Shown one piece after another: positions 13,990 through 26,620 of a stretch of 64,000 bases of DNA. Positions within the stretch are counted from its first letter, which is position 1; every line of letters begins with the position of its first letter. Source of the DNA: Octopus vulgaris (Eukaryota); the NCBI GenBank assembly GCA_951406725.2, contig OX597833.1:19840001-19904000 (forward strand), in the 5' to 3' direction. Below the pieces are notes generated by a model. The model searched no databases. It was not told the DNA's origin and worked only from the letters and a program-made list of their open reading frames with translations. The position numbers and the translations under genes were made by a program.

Positions 13990-14350
13990 TGGTTTTTGCT
14001 AGACTGACCCTGAGGCCCTTTGATTCTAGACCTTGCTTCCACACCTGAAACTTCTCCTCTAGTTCTGATAGTGACTCAGCTATTAGAGCAAGGTCATCAG
14101 CATAGAGAAGCTCCCAGGAGAATCCTTTCTTGAATTCCTCTGTTATTGCCTGGAGGACTATGATGAATAAGAGGGGGCTGAGGACTGATCTTTAGTGGAC
14201 CCCCACCTGGAATTCTTCACCATACTTGTTACCAACCATCACCTTACTGACAGCATACCTGTACATGGCTTGTACAGCTCTCACTAACCACTCATCTATT
14301 GCTAGTTTCTGCATTGACCACCAGGTAAGGGATCAAGGGACCCTGTCAAA
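13990..14350 (-). mobile_element. RTE LINE RT fragment
   Basis: Minus-strand remnants EWLVRAVQAMYR and VLSPLLFIIVLQAITEEF. Confidence 0.65.
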
Positions 14351-15512
14351 GGCTCTCTCTCCAAGTTAAAGAAAGCATCCAAGGAGCTGCACCCAATTGG
14401 CCCATTATGAGGTTTTTTCAGGCTCTTCTCAAGCAGTGGTGAATGCATGGAGAGAAAAACAACAACAACAGCAACAACAACATTACTGCTTATTCTAAAT
14501 AGTTTCACCTTTGTCTTGGATAAATAACAATCAATGATTCAGAAATAGGCAAAGTCTATTTCACTCCACTTATACAGTTATCATTTGTAATAGGGGGTCA
14601 GTAACCAGGTTGTAGTTTCAGTGACAAGAATTTTGTCACCATATAACAATTAACAAGTGTTTAACCCTTTTGTTACCATATTGAAATACTCTGTTGAGAT
14701 ATTCTGTCTTTACTTCAATTAATTCATAAAATAATGAAGAATTGAGTAACATAACGTTGTCATTACACTGTGTAACAAAATTTTTACTATTTATTGTCTT
14801 TGGTCAGTAAGTGTCATTTCTTATTTGCGTCTATCTAGAAATCAAAAGCAAATGTCTACTATCCCCTTCAAACTTTGCTTTTGTGACCTGACATTGTTTT
14901 GAAACTGACCTATTTTCCATTACATTTCAGATACATTCAGTGCTGTGTTGCTGAAGCAGAAATATTGTTATAGTAAATATTCTGCTCAGTACCAGATTTG
15001 TTTGTCAGTTGTTTGACCATAATCATTTGAGTATGTCCCTCAGTGGCTGACAATATGTGTGTCTCTGATCATGAGCAGGAGTAGTGGGGGAGCATCATAA
15101 CCATGTGTTAGAGGGATTCTTTGGGATTTCAATAAATATCATAACAAAAGCAAAGTTTGAAAGAAATATTAGCCATTTTTCATACTTCCTAGAGGTAAGC
15201 AAATACGAAATAACAGTTGCTGCCCAAGGACAAAAATTGTGTTACACAGTGTTATTTATTAATTGGTGTTTGGATCATAAATTAACATTAAGTTCTGATA
15301 GAAGATTTTAATTCAGGACCCTTGCAAACAAGATGTTTGTACCACAGTGTCTTGGGCAGGTTGGTGTCAAAAGTGTTAAGTATGTTTTTGAAAGGTTGAC
15401 ATGTATCTTCCCTGCAGTTGTCATTTTAGTTTCAAGACATGGGCTCAGATCAAAACTCTTACCTAACAAAAATCTAATAAAATACATCACACCTGCTTGG
15501 TACCTTACCTAC

Positions 15513-15622
15513 CTTCAAAGCTTCCATAAAGATTTCAAACATTCTTATATATATAGAATACTGGTGTAGTTCAAATTTTTTTTTTTCTAAATTGTTGAGT
15601 ATAACTGGGAGAGGACGAATAT
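15513..15622 (-). CDS. LRRC74: LRR gene exon, 110 nt, phase 1->0: (N)IRPLPVILNNLEKKKFELHQYSIYIRMFEIFMEALK
   Basis: cttccag acceptor, gtaggt donor, open frame, phase-compatible on both sides; resembles the N-cap and first LRR of LRRC74-type proteins. Confidence 0.78.
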
Positions 15623-15839
15623 CTGGAAGCAGAAGACTATTACATTTGACTTACATCTGTCACATTTGACTGAACACTGCTTCATTTTACTGAGATACAT
15701 CATATCTTACTAAGATTTGTCACATCTAAAATGTGCCCGTGTAGACTAAAATCATATATACATCTTAACAGGTATACACATATACATGAATATGCCCATG
15801 TAGCCAGACAACATACCAATGACTATATATATATACGGA

Positions 15840-16030
15840 GAATTCATGAAAGAAAACAAAAGACGAAGACAGGTAGTGTAGAAAGACAAACAGATGTATT
15901 AGTATAACGCTCGGGAATTGAAAAAGTCTTTAATGTTTCGAGCCTATGCTCTTCTACAGAAAGGGACACAGAAAGAAACAAGGAGAGAAAAAAAATGTGT
16001 GTAGTGGCTACTGATCTATCATGGCGAATG
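15840..16030 (-). mobile_element. Short Penelope-type relic with hammerhead-like motif (15928-15963)
   Basis: Minus strand reads CTTT-CTGTAGA-A-GAGC ATAG GCTC-GAAA-CA-TT-AAAG. Confidence 0.55.
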
Positions 16031-16068
16031 CTGGACAGAAAGGTCACACAGGAGAGCAAAGAAATATC

Positions 16069-16519
16069 TGTCTGGCCCCGTGTCGGTGGCACGTAAAAGC
16101 ACCATCCGTTCGCGTCCGTTGCCAGCCTCGGCTGGCCCCCGTGCCGGTGACACGTAAAAGCACCGTCCGTTCGTGGCCGGTTGCCAGCTCTGTCTGGCCC
16201 CGTGTCGGTGGCACGTAAAAGCACCATCTGTTCGTGTCCGTTGCCAGCATCGCCTGGCCCCGTGCCGGTGACACGTAAAAGCACCATCCGTTCGTGGCCG
16301 TTCGCCAGCTCTGTCTGGCACCTGTGCAGGTGGCACGTAAAAAACACCCACTACACTCGCGGAGTGGTTGGCGTTAGGAAGGGCATCCAGCCGTAGAAAC
16401 ACTGCCAGATCTGACTGGGCCTGACGAAGCCTTCCAGCTTCACAGACCCCAGTTGACCCGTCCAACCCATGCTAGCATGGAAAGCGGACGCTAAACGATG
16501 ATGATGATGATGATGATGA
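16069..16519 (+). mobile_element. RTE 3'UTR-derived retroposon with ~61-bp tandem repeats and (GAT)n tail
   Basis: Reverse-complement match to 9767-10175. Confidence 0.8.
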
Positions 16520-16730
16520 TACACACACACACATCTTACATTTAATAAAACGCAATTGGTATCATGTAGGTTAACTGGTAGAGGAAAAATAAAACAAGAA
16601 ACGGAGTGGGAATAAGTGATAGTCACAGATGTTAAATGAAGCCGAACTGTAGTGAGAGGTTCTGCTTTGAAGTTGCTGGTATTGTAATCAAAATGATATT
16701 GCAGATTTATATTGTATATATGTATATATA

Positions 16731-17177
16731 CTAGCATACTCGTGTTGTCAAGAAAATGATGCATCAAAACTATAGGAGAAATTATTGATAGATGTCAGCA
16801 TATATTTATTAATTCATTGATAAAATATACTACATGCCCATGCAAGCAGCAATCTTTATTTCTTATCAACTTAATCATGTCTGGGCATGATAACATATTG
16901 CTTTCTTTGGAATAGGAAGGACTTAGTGGTATGAATAGCAGCTAGCCGTACAAAATCCATCCGATCCATATAAAAGTAGATGTTTCATCTTTGTGCGTGT
17001 GTGGTGCATGTGTGCATGTGTGCATATATGTGGAGGCTGATATTTTCAATTAAGATATTACAACTATATCTATATTTCAAGTGCTTTCGTTCTGTTTATA
17101 CATTTGATTGCTGATATTTATCAATAATTTTCCCTATAGTTTTGATGCATCATTTTCTATCATCGGTAAAATGCTAG
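16731..17177. mobile_element. MITE with ~70-bp imperfect TIRs in (TA)n
   Basis: CTAGCAT...AGAAAATGATGCATCAAAACTATAGG versus CCTATAGTTTTGATGCATCATTTTCT...ATGCTAG. Confidence 0.7.
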
Positions 17178-17589
17178 TATATATATATACATATATTTAT
17201 GTACACATATACATCACAATCCAACCTGTGTTAGCACGGAAAACGGATGTTAAACGATGATGATGATGACATATACATTATATATGTTTACACACATACA
17301 CTTACATATATGTATGTATATATTGTCCAATACATAAGAGTATGGTAAAAGGACATGAAATGATGATGCTAATGATATATCATCGTCATTTAGAGTCAAC
17401 TTTCCTGACTGGAGCAGCTAAACCGGAGAGCTGTACCAGGTCCCAGTCTGATTTAGCTTGGTTTCTATGGCTGGATGCCCTTCCTAATGCCAACCATTCC
17501 AAGAACCGAGGGCCATTGCCAATTGTCTTCTTGTATCAGATTTAATGATTAGACATGTGGTGCATAAAGACATCAAGTACAAATTCTCT

Positions 17590-18210
17590 GTTATGAGAAG
17601 AGGGCACTTCATGTCCAATTATTATTATTACGGCTGGATTCCAACCTGGTCGACAGCAACAAAGTCCACCTGCCACACTTCTCGGCCCATCATCACTGCC
17701 ATGAGGTTCTGAATCCATTCCAGGCTGTCAATTTCAAGTTGTCAATGTAAGTTTTACATTCTCCTCTTCTTTCATCACCATGAAGTGGGTTCCACAAGAC
17801 TAATTTAGATGCTGGGAGTTCAGGGTGGCACACACAGTGACCAGATAGTCAGAGCTGTTTTTGCCTGATCTTCTCACTAGCCTTTGGCAGGTCTCCATAA
17901 AGGCAAATCTTTGACATGTATTGCTGCTACGTCACATTTAGTGCCATTTGTAGCATCCTTGTGTGGCATCCATTTAGCCCATTTGATAGCATGTCAGTAT
18001 CGATGTTTCATTGCCATATAATAGCACTGATTCAACAGTTGCAGCTAACCGCTTGATTTCGGTTTGCCCGGGCAATTTAGAGTTCCATGACTTCTTTATT
18101 TTGTGACAGGCTGTCCATGCTTGTGCCTTCCTGATCTTGATGTTTGTTTCTGAACTGCTCGTCCAAGATCACATCAAGATCAGGAAAGCACAAGCTCGGA
18201 CAGCCTGTCA
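17590..18210 (-). mobile_element. Decayed non-LTR retrotransposon 3' fragment with 5' fold-back
   Basis: Minus-strand remnants DIKIRKAQAWTACHKIKKSWNS and ATVESVLLYG; 40-bp inverted copy at the 5' break. Confidence 0.55.
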
Positions 18211-18239
18211 TGTCCAATTAGACCTAGGAGAACCATGTG

Positions 18240-18730
18240 ATTTGGTTGGAGTGTTTGTTTGCTGAACAAACTCAAGCACCAGAGGAGCCCGACATGCTCT
18301 GGTTCTTCTCAGATCAAAAAGTGAGCAGCAGAAATGGTAGATGGCGCTGTGCCAACTCACAACCCCCCCCCCCCACTGCTATGCACACCAAGTTCCTATC
18401 ATTTGAAATTGTCTTGCAGGTTGTAAGCAATGAGGGCCATGTCATGCCTCCTCACTTTTTCCTTGGAAGATGTTAGGGTCAATGTGGCAGCTTACATTGA
18501 GACAATGGAAATGGGATCAGAGGAGGCCTTTTGTGTTCCAGCAAGACTCTGCTCCCTCTCAGCCTGCATGACAACGGGGTGGATGGTCAAAAATTTTCAG
18601 GACCATGTTATCACTAACATCTGACCGCCTTGCTGTACTGACTTAAACGCCCTGGACTACTATGCCTGGGGGAGTTGTTGAGGGGGAGACCAACAAGCAT
18701 ATCCACAATATCCAAGGAATCGTTAATGGC
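18240..18730 (+). mobile_element. Decayed Tc1/mariner-superfamily transposase
   Basis: Remnants WFFSDQK, VVSNEGHVMPPHFF, *PPCCTDLNALDYYAWG. Confidence 0.6.
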
Positions 18731-19609
18731 AGGTTTATTAAATAGCTTTCTCCTATATGTATATAAACATAAATGCACCAAATTCGTTAAAACTACATTA
18801 GTTTTTCTAACATATTTTTATTTCTATATTTTAGGATGGTCGTTTTATTTATTTATTTTTTTGCTAAATAAACACACACACAACATTTTTTGCCAAATAT
18901 ACCCATGCACTTCTTCACTTCAGCTTTATTATTCTTCTTATTTTTGTATCCTTTGTCTTAAATATTTCGTCACACATCCTGTGACCTCTTCAGTGACTCT
19001 CCATACCACGTGTCTTCTCCTGTTCTATTTAGTCCATTCTGTCTTTCTATAGTGTGTATCCTTCTCTGTGCATGCATTTGCCTCTGTATCTCTGTGTGTG
19101 TGTGTGTGCATGCACGCATGTGTGTGTGTGTATGTGTGTGCATATCTATGTGTTTTGTATGTCTGTTTAGTGTATGCGTATATGGGTTTGCTTACTATAG
19201 TGTTTGTACCTGTGTCCTTTCTTTAGTTTTTTCTTCTTTCTCATTTTTTTTTTCACTTATCTACTTATCTGTTTCTTTATTTTCTTTCTTCATTTCATCT
19301 TAGGAATATGTGTATATGTGTCTTTCGTGTGTGTATAAGGGTTTATGTATTATACTGTTTGTATCTGCGTCTTTTTCTTTTTTTCTCATGAAGTAACTGC
19401 CAAACTGAGAAAAATAGGTCCGATATGATTTACTAAACCCTTAAATATATTGTCTCAGCATGGCCATAGCCCAATTATCGAAAATGAAACCAACAAAGAA
19501 ATAAAATGAAGAGTGTCTGTTTGGTCATGTCTGACCTAGGGCTAAATGATATACACCGCAGCATGAATGACAACACAATGTAGAGGAATGAAACTGAAAC
19601 ATAACATAC

Positions 19610-19681
19610 TGTCACGGATACACATGAGATGGTAAAATTTCTTGGCAAGAGGGTCTGTCGATGCAACATAAGCTGTCTTCT
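19610..19681 (-). CDS. LRRC74: LRR gene exon, 72 nt, phase 1->1: (E)KTAYVASTDPLAKKFYHLMCIRD
   Basis: tatttccag acceptor, gtatgt donor; YxxxC followed by IxP in the next exon, as in LRRC74-type N-caps. Confidence 0.75.
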
Positions 19682-19859
19682 CTGGAAATAACAAAAGAGA
19701 TCATTTATTAGTCTTTGAGTTGCAGGAATTTTTCTATACTCTTTTACTTGTTTCAGTCATTTGACTGTGGCCATGCTGGAGCACCGCATTTTAGTCAAGC
19801 AAATTGACCCCAGAATTTATTCTTTGGAAGCCTAGTACTTATTCTATCGGTGTCTTTTG

Positions 19860-20142
19860 CCCTTTTTCCTCTCTCTCCCTTTCTCTCTCCTTCTCATTCT
19901 CCTCTTTTTCTTTTCCTCTCTCTCTCTTTCTCTCTCCTTCCTTTTTCTGTTTCCTCTCTCTCCCTCTTGCTCTCCCCTTTTTCTTCTCTTTCCCTTTCTC
20001 TCTCCTTCTCGTTTTCTTCTCACTCACTTTCTCTCTCCTCTCTTTTTCCCTCTTTCTCCCTCTTTCGTCTCTTTCTTTTTCCTCTCTCCTTCTTGTTCTC
20101 CTCTTTTTCTTTTTCCTCTCTCTCCCTCTCCTTTTCTCCTCC
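19860..20142. repeat. ~280-bp nearly pure polypyrimidine (CT-rich) tract
   Basis: Composition visible directly; follows a truncated SINE A tail (19735-19862). Confidence 0.9.
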
Positions 20143-20279
20143 TGAGGTAGCCATGTATCTCCTTTACTACAAGACATTTGTTTCTGTCCCCTTTATTTAT
20201 TCTCCCCATCTGGCATAGAACCATGTCCCTTAGTCCTACTTGTCCTGCAAGTTACTCAGTACCCTCACTGCTGTTGAAC

Positions 20280-20608
20280 TCAGAGCATGAAGACAGAAAA
20301 ATGCTGCTAAGCATTTTATCCACCCATGCTAATGAGTCTACTAGTTCACTGCATTTATAATAATAATTATAACAATCATTTCTACACTAGGCACAAGGCC
20401 TGATATTTTGGGGCAGGAGGTCAGTTGATTACATCGACCCTAGTACTCAACTGGTACTTATTTTATCGACCCTGAAAGGCTGAAAGGCAAAGTTGACCTC
20501 AGCGGAATTTGAACTCAGAACATAAAGGTGGATGAAATGCTTCTAAGCATTTTGCCTGGTGTGCTAGTGATTCTGCCAGCTTGCTGCCTTAAAAAAAAAA
20601 TGATGATG

Positions 20609-20654
<46 letters not shown>

Positions 20655-20885
20655 TTATAATAATAATTATAATCCTTTCTACTGGAGGCACAAGGCCTGA
20701 CATTGCTGAGGAGGGGACCAGTCGATTACATCGACCCCAGTATGTAACTGGTCCTTAATTTATCAAACCCAAAAGGATGAAAGGCAAAGTTGGCCTCAGT
20801 GGAATTTGAACTCAGAACGTAAAAGTGGATGAAATGCCTCTAAGCATTTTACCTGGTGTGCTAGCAATTCTGCCAATTTGCTGAC
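20280..20885 (-). mobile_element. Cluster of three diverged SINE family B copies separated by (AAT)n
   Basis: Repeated GAAAGGCAAAGTTGACCTC..GAATTTGAACTCAGAAC blocks. Confidence 0.75.
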
Positions 20886-21186
20886 TTAAACTATACTATA
20901 TATATTACCATATAGATGTGCTGTTGGTTAAAATAAATTTTTATTGACATGACTAAATTATTGATCATAGGTGTATACCTAACCTGTCTTTGATAATTTA
21001 GACTGTCCGCATATCTTTTGCCTAGATATCTTACCCATGGCCTTACAGTGTATTAAAATGTGTTGTTGTATTAAAATGTGTTCAAAGCGGTGTTCCAGCA
21101 TGGCCACAGTCAATGACTGAAACAAGTAAAATATCAAAGGCAAGATAAATACCAATGAAAAATATTTTATTTTAGAAAATACATAC

Positions 21187-21390
21187 CAGGTGTGAACGAC
21201 TCTGACAAACTGACATCAAAATTTCTGGAATCGGTCAGGAAATCTAAGATGTCTTGAGGCTCATATTCAGATGAATGTTCAGTGATATCACTAGTAAACA
21301 TTACGGTTTTTTCTTTCTCACAGACCATTTTTAGAAGAGGAAATGACTCGGACAGCTTATGTGGTAACGCTCTACCTTTTCCTATAGTTA
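21187..21390 (-). CDS. LRR gene exon, 204 nt, phase 1->1: TIGKGRALPHKLSESFPLLKMVCEKEKTVMFTSDITEHSSEYEPQDILDFLTDSRNFDVSLSESFTP
   Basis: Long polypyrimidine tract plus atcag acceptor, gtatgt donor, 67 open codons, phase-compatible with 19610-19681. Confidence 0.72.
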
Positions 21391-21519
21391 CTGATTTAAG
21401 GACAAAAGAAAAGAAGTAAGAAAAAAAAGAAACTAAGATTATAATTTTCCCAATTATTAATCAAAAAATGAAAAAATCAAAAAAATCAAAAATTAAAATT
21501 GATCAACATGAATGGAAAT

Positions 21520-21888
21520 TGTTGCTGTGATATCAGTGCTGGTGGCACATAAGAGAACCATCCGAACGTGGACGTTGCCAGTGCCGCCCTGACTGGCTTC
21601 CGTGCTGGTGGCATGTAAAAAGCACCATCCGAGTGCGGCCATTTGCCAGCCTCGCCTGGCCTCCGTGCCCGTTTGCCAGACTTGTCTGGCACCTGTGCAG
21701 GTGGCATGTAAAAAGCACCCACTACACTCATGGAGTGGTTGGCGTTAGGAAGGGCATCCAGCTGTAGAAACATTGCCAGATCAGACTGGGCCTGGTGCAG
21801 CCTTCTGGCTTCCCAGACCCCAGTTGAACCGTCCAACCCATGCCAGCATGGAAAGCGGACGCTAAACGATGATGATGATGATGATGAT
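21520..21888 (+). mobile_element. RTE 3'UTR-derived retroposon
   Basis: Family match; (GAT)n tail. Confidence 0.8.
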
Positions 21889-22144
21889 TAACCTCTTTTG
21901 ACAACACTACATTTCAATCCATTTCATCAATGATTGTCATCAGTTATCTTATTCTTATTCTTATATACTCTTGGTTTAGAAATAAAAGTTCGTAGTTCAA
22001 ATCCAGTCAGATATGTACACATTCAGAAGTAGCACATCTCATGACAATCAGAGATCAAACTCATATAAATGTAGTGTGTGTGTATTATATATTTATCTGG
22101 ATGAATTTATCTTTGTCCTTTAATAGGAATTTCCTCATACGTCA

Positions 22145-22927
22145 TTACATGGAAAAATGCAAGCAAGAGAAATAACATTCTTAAGATTATAAACCTGGAA
22201 AATTACAGGACAACTTATTATATTTGGTAAAGTACAGAACAAGAAAAATTTTTACTGAAAATATTTAGATTTAGAATTAGCTTTTATTAAAACCAAAAAT
22301 TTTATTACAAGTTATTACTTCTATTTGTTATAACTTGTTACTTCTATTAAAAATAAAAAAAATAACTCAAAATATTTTTTGCTCTTTAAAAAAAATTAAT
22401 TTTTAAAATTATTTATTAATAATTAGAAATTTGAAAATAGATTATAAAAAATAATAGTAGTACATAATTAGTTAGTACAATAAGTAGAATAATACAAAAA
22501 TTAGTTATATATTACAGTAAAATCTACCTATACCAACAAATTCACAGTAAAATTTACTTGAGTTATTGCCTGAGTTATTGCCAAGTCTTCACATTTTTAG
22601 CTTTGACCCAATGCCTATTTACATAATGAATTTGCCTACCGTATATACTGTTCTATTTTGCATAAAACTTTAGCTATATTGGTACTTCTGGCTCTCATTT
22701 TTAAGTATTCTAGTGTGTCAATATTTTAACAAAATGATGGTACCTTTTTTAATTATAATGTTAATTTGTAAATTAAAATCAAATAATTTTTAATATACAA
22801 ACTTTATCCTTAGCTGTAATATTTTAAGTAAAAATTTTATTGTTCTGTACTTTACCAGATGTAATAACTTGTCCTGTAATTATATCCCTAAGAATATTAT
22901 TTCTCTTGCTCACATTTTTCCATGTAA
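22145..22927. mobile_element. AT-rich MITE with ~120-bp imperfect TIRs
   Basis: TTACATGGAAAAATG..GCAAGAGAAATAA..TGGTAAAGTACAGAACAA versus TTGTTCTGTACTTTACCA..TTATTTCTCTTGC..CATTTTTCCATGTAA. Confidence 0.7.
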
Positions 22928-23499
22928 TCCATGTGTTTTCCAGGCTATACTATTATGCTAATTAATAATGTATCAAATGTGTCAGTTAGCATTGTTGCTT
23001 ATAATTTTTTATCACAATGATGCTGGTAATGTACATTAAAAGTCCTCTCAGAGAACTATATTCATAAAAAAGGATAAAAGTATATTATCACCCTCAAATT
23101 TGAGAAACAAACACTCATAACTTTTTTTTTTCTTTTAAAACTTCATTGCATAAGATTGATACCATGAAATTCCTTGAATTGAGCTCTATCATTTAAGCTT
23201 AATTAAAATATAGTTTGTTTTTAAAATAAAAAAAGTTAATTATACTTAAAATCGAATTTTTTGCTTTACTTATATTTTTTCATGATATTTTACCTGACAA
23301 CTTTTTTATACAAATTTTTGTTGCATGAGACCAAAACTATGAAATGCTTCATTCTTTCTTCTATCATTGAAGCTAAGATAAATATATTTTGCTTTTAAAA
23401 TAAAAATGTAATTTAGATATAAACTTGGTTGGTGGTGTTACTTACTCTCCTATAACATTGCCTCAAATTTTGATGTAAACTTTTTTCTACTGGATCAAA

Positions 23500-24580
23500 T
23501 CTCATTTTGTTTATGCCAAAATGTAGCTAGGTACCAGTCCTCTTCAAAAATGTTAACAGTGCTCAAGTTGGTTAAGAACTGAATGCAAATAGAGATGTGT
23601 TTATGGATTTGGTTATACTTTTAGGATGATTACTGTTCAAGTTGACACATTTGAGGTTGTTATTAGGTTTATGGTATGGTTGGAATACTCTCATACTTAA
23701 ATCTAAATTAATATCCAAGATACTAACTATGGTATGCTCTTCCTCTACTGAGATGGATAATCCTAACCCTTTGAAAATTTAAATACTTTTTTCCTATACT
23801 ATTCTATTTTAACATGGTAGATTTATGAAAGTGAACAAAACATCATCCCTGTATAAACCCCCTCCCCCCATTAATGGAAATTCTCTGCTGATACAGAATG
23901 GGATGTATATCTCTACTAGGTCAGTTACCTGGGCAGAGTCACTAGACCCCGTGGTGATATCAAACATATCTTGTCTGTCCTCTCTAAACCAGTACTGTCC
24001 CTCAAATTCTATAACAAAGTTTCTAGCAACTAATATAGCATCTACTTCATCCTCAGAAAGATTAGGATTTTTCATAATGCAAAGTAGAACCTTGTTGATG
24101 AGGATAGGATTAATAGAAGCATAATAGTTAGAGATATCTAGTTGAATGAAATTTGTTCACTTTTGATTGCTAATTTTGTTGAACCAATCAAATTACTTTA
24201 TATGAGCTAGACCACAGGTTAAGTTCCATAGTATTCTTATGTGTGGGTATGTATTTATCAATTATGTGTTTACTAATCTTGCCTAAATCTAATTTTGAGG
24301 AGCATATCAATCTTATGGAAGGGTTAGTAGTGAAGTTAGGCTTATGGTCTTTCAGGTTGGTTCTACAGGTTCTCGGCAAGTATAGTTCAGTCCTGCTCTC
24401 TAACTTTGATCTTTCAACTATTTTTGTAGCCTGTTTAGGTTAGTTAAGTTATTAACAAGTTATTTTGTAGTTTTTTTGGTACTTCTTTTTTAAGCAGAGA
24501 GTGGTGTAAATTCTAAGTCTTACAAGTTACCAGTTTTGTCTGCATAAACAAGAGACTGGGTTATCTTTTTGAGTCCCTTC
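23500..24580 (-). mobile_element. Decayed Penelope-like element RT fragment
   Basis: LKDHKPNFTTNPSIRLI, FDITTGSSDSAQVTDLV and GLYRDD motifs; many stops. Confidence 0.8.
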
Positions 24581-25007
24581 ACTAGTATCTTTTATCTGTG
24601 ACTTATTCAGTTATTAGACTGCAGCCATGCTGGGGTGCTATCTTGAAGAATTTTTAGTCAAATTAATCAATCCCTGGACATATCTTTTTAAAGTCTGGTA
24701 CTTATTCTATTTGTCTCCTTGGCCAAACAGCTAAGTTCTGAAACTGAAACAAGTAAAAAAAAAAAAAGATAAAAGATACATGTGAGTGTGTACACACACA
24801 CACACCATCATCATCCTTTAATGTCTGTTTTCCTTGCTGTCATGGTTTGGATGGTTTGACCAGAGCTGGCAAAGCTGGAGAGCTGTACAAGGTTCCAGTT
24901 TGATTTGGCATGGCTTCTATGGCAGGATGCTCTTCCTGATACCAACCACTTTACAGTGTATGCTGGGTACTTTTAACATGGCACTGGCATGTTAAAGGCA
25001 TATATAG

Positions 25008-26225
25008 TAGGGTGTTCAGAAAGTAATTGTGTTTTACCAGAAAAGATATAAAAACAAATGTAAACTATGTTTATCTGAATAGTCTATGACTGCAAACTAA
25101 CAGGGAAGTAACTATTTATGCCATGTTCAAAGAAACCTATTTCTTTTTCTAAAAAAAAAAAGGCTGCAAGGCTGTTTTCAATTTCCTCTGTTTCTGAATG
25201 TTTTGCCTCTTACAAAATGTTCTAGTGATTGGAACATGGAAATCCATAGGTGCTAAGTCAGGTGAGTGTGGAGGTTGTGGAAGAACTTCTCATCCTAATG
25301 ATCTTAATTTTTCTTGGGTTTGTTTTGAAGAGTGTGGCCATGTATTGTCATGCTAGAGAATAACACCATTTCTGTTTACCAAAAGTGGCCACTTTCAATG
25401 TAATTGATGTAAATATAAATGTTCAAGTTGTTGGCAACAGACATCTGCATTGATGGAGCTTCCATGTTCCCATAGGTTGTAATGGATGACACCTTTCATG
25501 TTCCACCAAACATAGAGCAAAGACTTTTGTGGATGGAGTCCTGGTTTTTGTGTTGGCACTGGCCTCTCATTACATGATAACCATTGTCTTTTTTGTTTTC
25601 TGCTGTGATGCAAAACTCATTATTCATCACTGCAGAAATGACAGGCTATTATTTCTGGTTAGAAGACTGCTTCAGATGATGGAATGTTTTACTCGGTTCT
25701 CAAGTGTAAGCTTATGTGTAAATCAAATTTCCTCTTTGCATGTTTTTCCAATTTGCTTGAGATGTCTGTGGATAGTTGGACATGACATATTAAATTTTTG
25801 TGCTACATGGTGCTTTGATGGATCCAACACAATAGTCTCATTCAAAAGGTTATCATTCAGAGTGGGTCATCTTCCAGAGTGAGGCTTGTCAGATATGTCA
25901 CAATCACCATCTTCAAACCTTTTAAACCACAGCTGACATGTACGATCTTTCACTTCATCCGGATACACTTCACAGATGTTTTCATTGCTTTTGTAGTGGT
26001 ACTTTACTTTCGCAATTCATACAATGACCAATGGAAAATATGTTGTTTCGTAAATTTTTTATCCTCCACGAGGTTAATTACCAAAATAGCTATGCAAATT
26101 GCCAGATAGGAGAGATGATATGCTATTTCTAGACAGTTCCCACGCATTCGTCCTTGGCTCTGACATGATTGATAGATTGACATTACATAGGGGTGAAAAA
26201 ACACAATTACTTTCAAAACAACCTA
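25008..26225 (-). mobile_element. Full-length but decayed mariner (~1.2 kb)
   Basis: TIRs TAGGGTGTTCAGAAAGTAATTGTGTTTT / AAAACACAATTACTTTCAAAACAACCTA; transposase remnants QWL..PGLHPQKSLLYVWWNMKGVIHY and PPHSPDLAP.DFH. Confidence 0.85.
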
Positions 26226-26324
26226 ATATATAAGTCAAATATATATATATATATATATGGTTGATGATTGATTGATTTAAGTATGTTTCTCCATTTTCTC
26301 ATTTTGTATATATATATATATATA

Positions 26325-26620
26325 TAGTTAATCCAAACAAGAAAACAAAAAGACAACAACGCAAGGACGTGGAACAAATAAAGTATTATTGGACGCTCAG
26401 GAAAGAAGGGAAGAAGGAGGTTTGACGTTTTGAGCGGAGTTCTTCGTCAGAAACATAGGAGAAGGAAAGATCCCGAGAAGGGAAGACAGAGGGAAAGAAA
26501 ATCGCTAGTGATACAGACGAGGTCACATACTAAAAGACGGAAGTGGTAAAAGTGGAAGAAAATGTTTTTAAAAACCAGGAGAGCTATATCAAAGACGGAA
26601 TGGTAAAGAAGGTGTGCGAT
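26325..26620 (-). mobile_element. Penelope-type relic with minimal hammerhead motif (26420-26454)
   Basis: Reverse-complement homology to 59440-59630; minus strand GTTT-CTGACGA-A-GAAC TCC GCTC-AAAA-CG-TC-AAAC. Confidence 0.6.

Noticed and set aside
15844-16465. Repetitive ORFs and a CRISPR-like periodicity of ~61 bp (also 9828-10228)
   Set aside because: Units are homologous along their whole length with no unique spacers and no cas genes; they belong to a retroposon UTR in a eukaryote
19804-20224. Phe/Ser/Leu-rich and Arg/Glu/Lys-rich ORFs
   Set aside because: Translation of a CT-rich simple tract; no splice or domain support
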